From assembly GCA_973895155.1 (NCBI GenBank), contig OZ316892.1, positions 18,094,357 to 18,158,356 on the forward strand: DNA of 64,000 nucleotides, given 5' to 3'. The notes under the pieces were generated by a model, which was not told the DNA's origin, ran no database searches, and worked only from the letters and a program-made list of their open reading frames with translations. This stretch comes from Marsupella aquatica. Its lineage: Eukaryota; Plantae; Marchantiophyta. This document shows, piece after piece, positions 49,871 through 64,000 of the stretch (position 1 is the stretch's first letter; each line of letters starts with the position of its first letter). A program made the translations under genes and the position numbers.

Positions 49871-52130
49871 CTAGCTCAATACCCGTGCGTTGCACAAAAG
49901 ATGTCGTCACGGCCAAGATGTCATTGAGAACAAAAGATATCATGTCGGCCAAGAGGTTGTTGAGAAGAAAGATGTCGTGTTGCCCAAGATGTTGTTGAGA
50001 ACAAAAGATGTCATGTCGGCCAAAATTTCGGTGATAACAAAAGATGTCGTGTCGGCCAAGAGGTCGTTCAGAACAAAAGATGTCGTGTCGACCAAGATGT
50101 CATGTCGGCCATGAATTGGTTGAGAAAAAAGATGTCGTGTCGACCAAGAGATTGTTGAGAAAAAATGTTGTATTGGCCAAGAGGTCGTTGAGAAAATCGA
50201 TGTCGTGTTGGCCAAGATCTCATTGATAAAAAAGACGTTGTATCGGCCAAGAAGTCATTGAGACAAAGGATGTCGTGTTGGCAAAGAAGTCGTTGAGAAA
50301 AAATATGTCATGTTGGCCAAGACGTTGTTGAGAGAAAAGATGTTGTGTCGGGCAAGACGTCACTAAGAAAAAAGATGTTGTGTCGGCCAAGACGTCATTG
50401 AGAAAACAGATGGCCAAGATGTCGTTGAGGAAAAATACCCGTGCATTACACAAAAGATTTTGTGTCGCCCAAAATGTAAAAGATGTCATTATGTGAAAGA
50501 TGGCGTTAAGAAAAAGTTGTCATTTTGCCAAACTAAGTTATTGTGAAGTAAATGATGTTATAAGTAAAAAGGTGTTGTTCACCCAATATGTCCTTAATAT
50601 GTGAAAGATAGCTCAATACCCGGGCGTTGCACAAAAGATGTTGTTAAGAAAAAATATGTTGTTTCGCCAAAGATTTAGTTAAGAAAAAATATGTTGTGTT
50701 GCCAAAGATTTTGTTAAGAAAAAATATGTTGTGTTGCCAAAGATTTCGTTAAGAAAAAAGATGTCATGTTGCCAAAGACGTCGTTAAGAAAAAAGATGTC
50801 ATGTTGCCAAAGATGTCGTTAATATGTGAAAGATGTTGTGAAGTAAGAAGATGTCATTAAGAACTATGATGTCGTGTTGCCAAAGGTGTCGTGAAGAAAA
50901 AATGTTCTTATGTGAAAAATGTAGTGAAGTAAAAAGATGTCGATGCGCCAAAGATGTCTTTATGTCTAAGATGTTGTCAGGTAAAAGATGATGTTTCACC
51001 AAAGATGTTATTAAGTATTTTTTGTTAAGTACAAAATGGTCGATAAGTAAAGGATGTCGTTAGACAAAGATGTAAGTTGTGAAGTAAAAGATGTTCTTAA
51101 GTACAATTGAAAATATTGCTAGTAAACCATGTTAAGTTAAATAAAAAAGTTGTTAAGTTGTTGCCACTTTTTTGCCACCCCTTGCATCCTGAAGCCCCAT
51201 TGATAACCCCAACGTTTTTGTTACGTTATTAAGCTTTTTGCTGAAAGTTACCATCATTGGCCGCTTACTTAAAACTTCTTACTTAAAGTTGCCGCAATAG
51301 CTTAATTGGCGTTGTCTGCCCCGATGTCGAGACCCCCTAGGGTAACGGCGCTGCTTGGCTGACTTTTCAATGGCCCTTTCCCTGCACTTGCATATATCTT
51401 GGAACCTCATCAGTAACCCCAATTTTTTGGTTACTTTAAGCTTAGTTTGATTAAAGTTGACTACGGCCGCTTTCTTGGCTTTGGCCGCCCCAACGCCAAT
51501 TCCCCTTGAGGCAACGACACGACTCAGCCCACTTTTCAACAAAACAATTTGCCTACCCCTTGCATGGAACCCCTTTGCTAACCTCATCCAAGTTTACTCG
51601 GCTCCTTAGTCGCCAATACCATGCCCCCTTGGGATAGTGGTGTGGTTTGCAACACTTTCCAATATTGGAGGACCTGCCACCCCCAGATATTTTGGCCCCC
51701 ACCCCATGCCTCTTCCTGTGGTAAACAAAGTGGCAAGACATAACAACAACTGAGGGGTTGTTGGGGAGTTGGAACCCGGGGCAAGATTGAGTTAGGGTTG
51801 GAGATGGGACTTTGGGGTCCCGGGTTTAAAACATTAATTTTTTGTTTTTAGCCAATGTGGCAAATGTCAGCCTCTCAAAGGTAGGAGATGCTAGGAGTAT
51901 TCTTCCACAATTTTTCTTGAATTATATCCTATTCGTCAGATATCACCTAGATTTACATACAACCGTTAGATTTTGGCAAATGAGGTCCATGATTTGGTGG
52001 GAGAGTGGCCAATGGTATGCAAAAAATCTAACAAATTTTTGGCAAAAGTGGCGGAAAAAGTGGTGAACACATTTTGGGGAGGTAGAATTTGGCAAAAGCT
52101 TGCACCAAAAAAATACATTTATTGGATAGA
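49871..52130 (-). mobile_element. Non-autonomous Helitron carrying a tandem array
   Basis: Minus strand reads ...GTGCAACGCACGGG-TATTGAG-CTAG|T at 49871, a canonical hairpin+CTAG end. Candidate 5' end TCTATCCAATA at 52130 lacks the expected flanking base, so it is uncertain. Confidence 0.65.
49897..51160. repeat. Minisatellite, 35-36-bp unit (AAAGATGTCGTGTCGGCCAAGAGGTCGTTGAGAA..) built of two ~18-bp AAGATGTC subunits
   Basis: Unit starts at 49934, 49969, 50005, 50041, 50077 and onward; a second block from ~50635; decays rightwards. Confidence 0.93.
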
Positions 52131-52225
52131 GGCTAGGGCCAGGGTCGTGTCAGGAGTTATCATCCCTTCCTCTATTGGATAGAGGCTAGGGCCAGGGTAG
52201 TGTCAGGAGTTATCATCCCTTCCTC
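52120..52225. repeat. Tandem duplication 2 x 53 bp
   Basis: tattggatagaggctagggccagggt(c/a)gtgtcaggagttatcatcccttcctc at 52120-52172 and 52173-52225; one mismatch. Confidence 0.97.
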
Positions 52226-52693
52226 TTCACTCTCCCTCTTCTGTAGTTGTTGTTGCTTAAAAGTTCTCATTAAATGCCAGGAGCCCTTATGAGCTCACAT
52301 AGGCTAGCAAGAGAGAACTTTAAACTCCAAAGGGAAAGAAGTTACGCTCCTCCCTTTCTCTTAAAAGTAAGTTGTACTCTGCTGGTACAACTGTACCTCT
52401 CTAGAGTACCTCTATCCCTTTTGTACCTTGTACCTGGGCTCCCAAGAGTAATGAGCTCATATTCTGTACCAAAAAATACAATAGTACCTGTCTTGTGCAT
52501 CTTTGTGTACCTGGTTTGTGCACACCATGTGCACACGCGGCCCTGTACCAGGTTTTTTCATGTTCCTTTTATTTTTTCCCTTATTGGTTTCATATTTACA
52601 GGTTTCAATTATTATTATCCAAAAGGACACTCCAAATTTGAATGAAGACCACTCCATTTTTTGGCACAATTGTGTATTATAGTTTAGGATATG

Positions 52694-52825
52694 ACCTTTA
52701 AGTATACGGACCAAGGTTATCCTTTAATGAAATATAAAGACGACCATATATATGCCCGACCATATACTATGGCCTTTATATGCCATTAAGGGATAACCCC
52801 GGTCCTTAACCGTATAGATTAAGGT
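52694..52825. repeat. ~130-bp foldback (imperfect inverted repeat)
   Basis: Nested pairs tatacgg/ccgtata, ggttatcctttaatg/cattaagggataacc, tataaag/ctttata, ccata/tatgg, tatatg/catata around loop cccgac. Confidence 0.85.
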
Positions 52826-52920
52826 GGCGGGGACAAGGTCCCAACTCCCAAGGGGTTTGTTTCATAATTAAGGGCTCATCAAGTGTTTGCTTGGTTAGAG
52901 TCGACGGTTAATTAAAGGAA

Positions 52921-55163
<2,243 letters not shown>

Positions 55164-55994
55164 GTGGTAAATGGAGAAATACATGTCTTTGTGATGGTTT
55201 CCAGCAGCAATACCTCCAATTCGAGCACGGTCTGACAAGAAACCATTTGTACTCGATATAAATCACGCTATTTACAATGATTTTAAACTTCCGATTGAAA
55301 ACACTGTAAAGGTTCACCTGGTTCGGCTCTCAAGCATTGTGAAGAACTAGATTTATACACTCAATTGCAATGAGGATAAAGTTAATATGCAGTACCCACA
55401 GCGCGCGAATGGGAAGAACGGCCTTCTACTAACGTGGACAGCAAATTTAGGATTGTCGTGAAGTTGGATCCTTAAAGTGGGGTGTAATTGAGACTTTTTG
55501 AGTTGATGATGTACGGCCGCCTAGTTGACATTAAAGCCCTCATCAATTCTGTGCAACGCTTCTACTTCAGGTGAATTTGTTGTTACATGGGGTAGTAGAC
55601 TACTAGTAGTGTATGGATGATTGTGTGGAGGATGTTCGTTTTCCTCCAATACCGGTAATTGAAGGATAGGGAATTTACAACCCTGGTGGAAGTCATGTGA
55701 GCTGTGGCAAAACTCAGGTTCTCATCTTATGTCATCCAGGCGCTAACATCAATAATACCCTCATCCAATATACTATTTGTGGGGTTTGCATATTGACATT
55801 TTGACCAGTACAGGTTAAGTCATCAATTATTGTTCAATATGTATGCAGTGACGAGAGGATGTGTGTAGAGAGAAGCTGTTGCAGAAAAGATGATGTTGCA
55901 AATAGATAGATATTGTATAGAAGGTGCACTTTAGTGAAAGATATCAGTTCATCATAATGGCTCGTTACTCAACTGTCGAGGCCTCAGCAGCAAA

Positions 55995-56545
55995 ATAGAG
56001 CATCTTTGGGCCAAAAAATTGCCACAATTTGTGGTTTTTTTCAATCTCAATTTTCACTCACAAGATGAGAAGACGGTTTAGACTTTCATCTCAGCCTAAA
56101 AATGACATCACCTTGGACAGCCTATCTGGGAGGCCTAAGCCCTTTGTGCTGCTGGCCAGGGAGCTTGAGGGCCCACTGTTGACTTGTTGTTTTCACTGCT
56201 GCACTCGACAACAGACATTGGGTCAGTAGCAAGGGATGAAGGGGGAGGGTGAAGAAATAACCCACGGGTAATGGCACCTCACCATTGGTTAGAGCAGCAG
56301 GAAGCTCTAACCAATGGGAACAGAAGTTTTGTAACCATGGTTGAGTTACTGGTAACCCATATACCAAATGGGGGACGGGGTAGGATAGCAAATAATTTTG
56401 TTGGGGGACAGGTAAATAAATTAGGGGAGGGGACAGGTTAATAAACAGCTTGTAATTTGGCATAAAGGTTATCATAGACCAAAGGTTATGATGTAAAAGA
56501 TATCATTGTATGGTATGTTGTTCTGTTTGGGTTTCATTGAGTAAA
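55995..56545. repeat. Inner inverted repeat, left copy (contains MULE-like TIR)
   Basis: Reverse complement of ~58565-59072, e.g. taaccatggttgagttactggtaaccca / tgggttaccagtaactcaaccatggtta; clearly more diverged than the RPS14 arms. Confidence 0.88.
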
Positions 56546-57299
56546 TGGTATTGTTGAGATGTGATTATTGGCTGTCAATATGCAAAAGAAGTCAAAGCAT
56601 AAGAGAGCTGATAAAGATGTCAATGTATAAAAAAGGTGGTACCAAAAATATCATTGCAACTGTATAATTTATTTAATAAAGTGCAATCGAATGCTATTTC
56701 TTGGGCTTAGTCTCTAGAGTGAAGCCTTTAGACCATAACTCTAAGTGTGGTCATAAGTGAAAATGAGTTGTAAACATGGATGGGGACAAAGATGAACAGG
56801 AAATAAGGAAGAATCCTTCTTTTGCAAGGTTTCTTTTGTCTCCTCATCTTTACTTACTTTCAAGGAACATGTATTAGGCTACTAGTTTAGTAAATAATAA
56901 CTCTTTTAAAATTATTTTGGCACGAAAGATGTGAGTGATTAAGATACTGCCATTGTTTTGTCACTAACTTGTCATCCACATGGCACTTCCCACTTGGAAG
57001 ATAACTCCTTCCAGTCTGTGTAGGGTTTTAGATTTCTGTTTAGGGAGCTCCAAGGTTGTTGGAGTGAATCACGGAGGTTGCAGTTTTGGGGGTCACTCTA
57101 CAAAAAATGGCCAATGGGAAGGCATCCAGCGCCTTTTGGTTTGCGGTTCCGCCCCCTGTCGTACCGGGCGGCTTGGTTTTTGAGAAGCTTTAACCTGCAA
57201 TAGCCTGTTTGGTGACTAACGTTTTGCACTGTTCTATGTTGCTTTGAGGGAGCTTCGACGGAAAATGTCCCATTCAATTTTATTTTCTCATCTCACAGC

Positions 57300-58575
57300 C
57301 TGAGCTTTTTCTCATCACAATCGCAGCCAGGAAACGTGGTTCTCAAGAATGACAAGGCTGCAAGTGAATTTCTTGATCATGGATGTCACTTGTAGAGATT
57401 GTGTGCCCATTGGATTGAGTTTTGGTCGCAAGCTGGAAGGGAAATCATTTTTCAGAAGCGCTTGTGATTTGCAAGGCGCAATTTGAGTTCCAGATTTTGT
57501 CAGGCTCTTTTCCCAAGCAGCTCCCACTGGAGCAAATCAACCTGTATCCTATGCTCGGCAGTGCTACGTTTCCATAGATTCCTGAATGATTTTGCTGCTA
57601 TTAATGTTTCTCCTGCAAATAATAAATACAAATTGACAGGATCAGTGGATTCATTTCATTACAGAACAATGGCTGCATCTCCTGCAAACTCTGCAACTTT
57701 TAAAGCCATGAGCAGCGGATTTTCATCACCAATGTCTGGGGTATTCAACACACTTTCTCTCAGGTTCCTTCCATACCACCCACTCCTGTCAATGAGTCCC
57801 AACCTGCCACTCAGTGGTAAGCCACTTCAGTGGGGGTTCCAAGTCAAGTAACTAGCACACAACCGCAGAGATGGACAATGGCAAAAATGATGAGTACAAG
57901 TGGAGCCTTCTTGACACCCCACCTGAGAGGATTAAATCTGCAAATGCCTGGTGGAAGATTGTCACTAAAGGCTTGCTCAAGCATGGCTTCAACAGGAAGC
58001 ACTGAAGAAATGGGAGAAGCTGATGACCGATTTGAAGAAAAGAAAAAAACTCCCAGAGAAAGCCTTCCTCTACCAAGCTTGGTTATTTTGAGAAGGGGTC
58101 TGAAGAAAGGAAACGTTTCATCCTCCCGCCACAATCTGACAGTGAGGTATACAAACTAATGGAATGTTGGGTCCCCTGGTAGACAAGCTGGTCAACCTGA
58201 CCCTGAGCAATTGACGGATAGTTCCTTACTTGAAATGGAAGGGTACTCATTGTCAAACTCAGGGGGTTCTAGTCCAACTGCAAGTGCAGCCAATACACAA
58301 CCACCACCAGGTGCAGGGGGTATTCAAGCAGATAACACTGCTAGTCCACAATCAGCAGATGGTGAAGCAATGCCCAGACCACCAACAAATGGTGAGCTGG
58401 ATCAGCTGCTCATTGGAGAGGAGAATCCAGAGTCCAATGCAATCCCAGATCACCCTGCTGCACAAGGACGCTTGTTAAGTCTTTTGCACCTCTTTTATGC
58501 TTTCAGCTCTTTACTAACCATTTACTTCTTTTGCGTATTGACCCCTCTTAGGCAACAATACCGCTTACTCAATGA
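57300..58575 (+). pseudogene. Unidentified degenerate coding-like segment in the palindrome spacer
   Basis: Chain of plus-strand ORF pieces (57483, 57830, 58211) with S/P/Q-rich composition and a plausible gtaagt...ttag intron at ~58475-58551; no recognisable domain. Confidence 0.3.
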
Positions 58576-58652
58576 AGCCTAAACATTACAACATACCATA
58601 TAATGACATTTTTTTCACAAAAACTTCGTTCTGTGATAACCTTTATGCCAAA

Positions 58653-59157
58653 CAGCTTTTTACTAGTGTCATCCAAACACACTAATTTATTTACCTGTCC
58701 CTGAAACTAAATTATTTGCTTCCAAACTGTCCCACAATCGTGTGTGGGTTACCAGTAACTCAACCATGGTTACAGAACTTTTGTTCCCATTGTTTAGAGC
58801 TTCGTGCTGCCACTTGGTATGGTGACAGTAGCTGTGGGTTATCCCTTTGCCCTCCTCCTTCTTCCCTCGGTACTGGCCAATTGTCTATTGTCAAGGGAAA
58901 ACAAGCATTCAACAATGAGCCCAGCACAAAAAGGGCTCAGGATCGACTGATAAAGGTTATGTCATTTTTGGGTTGAGATGAATGTCTAAACATTCATCTA
59001 ATTTTGTGAGTAAAATGTGTTTCCGAAAAAACCACGATTTTTTGCAAATTTTTGGCCCAAAAGATGATCTTTTAGTGGTCCCAAGTCCTACAACCTTGGA
59101 ATATAGGGAACAGGTTAGTAAATTTGGGTAATAGAGGGACAGGTCAGTAAAATGCTG
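58653..59157. mobile_element. MULE-like MITE related to the 36172 element
   Basis: Begins CAGCTTTTTACTAG and ends GGGACAGGTCAGTAAAATGCTG, matching the termini of 36172-36739; no clean TSD. Confidence 0.65.
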
Positions 59158-59159
59158 TT

Positions 59160-61425
<2,266 letters not shown>

Positions 61426-61899
61426 GTTTACCCTTCCTTAGAACCAGCCCCATTGCCCCAACTCCCCCAAGGAGCATAGTACCTCTTTGGCCATTGGATT
61501 AATTGACCTATACACCTTGGGAGGTCAGTTACACATGTTAGTGAAAATCGATATATATTTCATTGATATTTGCAGAAGTTCAAAAAGGGAACTAAAACCA
61601 GGATGGACCTCCAGTTTGTCCATGAAGCCCAGATGGACTTTCTCAGAACATTTAAATTGATTTGGATAACACTTTTACACTTTGGATTGAAATATGACTG
61701 GTAAAGAGTCTCCTTATTGTCGGTTTCAATTACATCACCGAACCGGTTTCCTTGGTAACTTGAAGACTTGACTACCTTGATCCTGCAAGACTTCAAGATG
61801 TCATGTAATTATTCAGGATCACCATGACGTCTTGACTACTTTCTCCCCAAGATAGTCAAAGTAATCAACTATGATCCCTAATGTGTAATCAACTATGAT

Positions 61900-64000
61900 G
61901 CCTAGCATGTTTTGCCTTAAGCTGAGTGAAGAAATATTTGGTTGGAGCCTCTCCTAGCTTCAACCATCTCCCTCTACTCTTCCTCAGTGTTCTAATTGCA
62001 TCCAGCCTTTCTATCTCTCTTTTGCTTTTTGTAGTTCTTCTATCTTCTCGGCAGTGGGGTCCGCTCCAACTTCAATTCACAGAGTTTGGATATGGTGTTT
62101 TGGGGAGCCAGGTAGTCTTTTTTGTATTATTCTTCTCCTTTTCAGTTTGCAGATATTTCCTGATTGCAGTCCAGGCCAAGTCCCAGTTGACTCTTGCTTC
62201 TCATTTCTCCTGCTAGTGTAAATTGCACAATTCTTCCATCTTAGACTCCATTTTTGGTGAGTTGATCAGAGTTTCATCCATTTTGAAATAGGTGGACTTC
62301 CCCATTCTTGTGTGGCCCGTGGTTTTGAGGACAATGGTGTAGATAACTAGCACGTGGTATCGGGTTCCTCACTTATTTTCTTTTGACCCATCACGCGTGA
62401 ATAAGTATAGGGTTGTTTATTGAGTTTGGTAAATGACTTTAAATTTTTTTGGAAGAACACTAGCGGTGTTGTAATCCAGTTTGAGAATTATAATAATCAT
62501 AGGGTTTCTAAAAACCTAATACAAGAATATTCCAAATAAATTCTAAAAACTTAGGGGTTAAAAATCCCTTTCAAAGACTTTATTTACTTAAGTTTTAGGG
62601 TGTCTATTCCTCTAAAGCTTTGCCCATGAAATGAGACCCTCCTTCGAGTGAGGCCCCCAGCACTTGGTAAAGGCAATGTTTGTGTGCCGTCATAAGTCAT
62701 GGATTTGATGTACTCACACCCCGGGGTCCCTCACTTCTTTTCTTCCAACCCATCACGCGCAATAAAATATAGGGGTTTCTTATTGGGTTTAGTGAAAGGC
62801 TTTTAAATTTTTGTTGAATAACATTAGGGTTGTTTTAATCCAGTTTTGAGAATTATAAGAGTCGTAGGTTTTTTAAAACCAAATTTGGGAATATTCCATT
62901 AAGTTAGGGGTAAAAAAGACCTTAAAAAACTTTATTGACCTAAGTTTTAGGGTGTTTATTCCCCCAAAACTTGGCACGTGATATGGGATACCCCTTGGAT
63001 TGAGGCCCCCTAAGACCCACACCACTGATTCTACCTGCTATTGTAGATCTTGTTTAGTCTTGATTGGTCTAGTCTACTCAATTTTCTGGCCTAATGCGTG
63101 AAGTGGGGACCAAGCCGTTCTCCAGCACATAGATAGTTGTCTACAAGGTTAAACTTGTCAAAGCTCCATGAACTAAAGAACTTGGGCCAATAGCTTTGTC
63201 CCAAAGGTCTACCATATTCCAATCTCCCTTGAAAGTCCAATTTTCTTTTGCATTTGAGTGTGGAAATCCATTTCCACCTTTGTATCTCTCCTTCCTTTGA
63301 TTCGAGGCTTCAGTAGAGCCAATGTTGATAGTCCCAATGCATGAGTTGATTTTAGCCCATGCAAAGATTTTGTCACCCTTTGTGCCCGAATCAAGAACTT
63401 GCATTGAGCTAGGGATGATCAATGAAGTGCCCACTTTCCCATTGAATGCGGAATCCAAATTGTGCATCCTCCTTGGGCTATGTTTGTCAATTTGAACTCA
63501 GTAGTTGACTTGCTTACCTTCAGTTCTTGTATGCAAATGATAGATTTTTGCTTCTTGGTAGTATTGATCCATTTTTGCATCCGTTTAGCTCTGACTTGCA
63601 CTTTCTCCTAATCCCATGATGTTCCAAGTGCAGATGGTGAGGTTGTCATTCATCATAGTGGCTTGGGGATTGTGTTTTCAGATTGGTTGCAAGTCCCAGG
63701 TTGGTCTCCATTGAGTGCTTGGCTGTCTTGATCTACTATTATTTGCTGATTTTGTTTTGGTTCTTTTGTGGTACCTCCCCCATGGTTGATGCTTTGTTGG
63801 ACATCAGATGATAAAAGTTCAGCACACAGGGTTTAGGTGATGATTCCCGAGTTGGCCCCTCCAAATAATGTTTCTTCCAGGACTACCTCAGTCATCCTCT
63901 TGTCAAACGCAAAAACTGGTTCCTTGCTGCTGGGGACGTTTGTTTGCTTCTTGAGCACCTGTCTATTTTGCTTTGTTGTTTTGGGTGTATTGGTGGTTCC
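61900..64000 (-). mobile_element. Degenerate LINE: ORF1 tail and ORF2 N-terminus (APE endonuclease), interrupted
   Basis: From 63656: MMNDNLTICTWNIMGL..ICIQELKV..KGDWNMVD..GPHFT..SRLD. Resumes below ~62340 with STYFKMD..WDLAW..WLKLGEAPTKYFF. Runs off the window end. Confidence 0.8.
62350..63027. mobile_element. Dimeric (2 x ~362 bp) non-autonomous element inserted in the LINE, possibly hAT-type
   Basis: Anchor cccatcacgcg at 62387 and 62749; each unit ends gaggccccc; right end ...ACCACTG resembles a CAGTG-type terminus; no TSD seen. Confidence 0.6.

Noticed and set aside
49897-51160. 35-36-bp periodic array as a CRISPR array
   Set aside because: Units are contiguous with no unique spacers, there are no cas genes, and the context is eukaryotic; it is a minisatellite.

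Overview
Eukaryotic nuclear DNA from a land plant (plant-type DDB2 and ATP synthase e, a QALGGH zinc finger, TTTAGGG-type telomere motifs); the lineage cannot be fixed from sequence alone. There are five host genes: spliced DDB2 (+, 11 exons), an intronless SUPERMAN-like C2H2/EAR repressor (-), a 50-aa three-exon mitochondrial ATP synthase subunit e (-) that the ORF track misses, and two intact RPS14 (uS11) copies facing each other as the ~2.25-kb arms of an 8.5-kb inverted duplication. The rest is transposon-derived: a full-length but dead Ty1/copia element (345-bp LTRs, CATTG TSD, PBS, PPT) inserted upstream of a Bianca-type gag remnant, a Mutator-like foldback element with a 10-bp TSD, a TTAA-flanked inverted-repeat element, Helitron 3' ends carrying a 35-36-bp tandem array, LINE fragments and a diverged solo LTR. 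The most unusual item is an intron-containing, decayed DUF3504-type tyrosine recombinase (Crypton-like) at 46.8-48.9 kb, a class I know from fungi, animals and stramenopiles rather than land plants. Second is the RPS14 palindrome, whose inner breakpoint abuts a Mutator-like terminus. All alignments and counts were done by eye.
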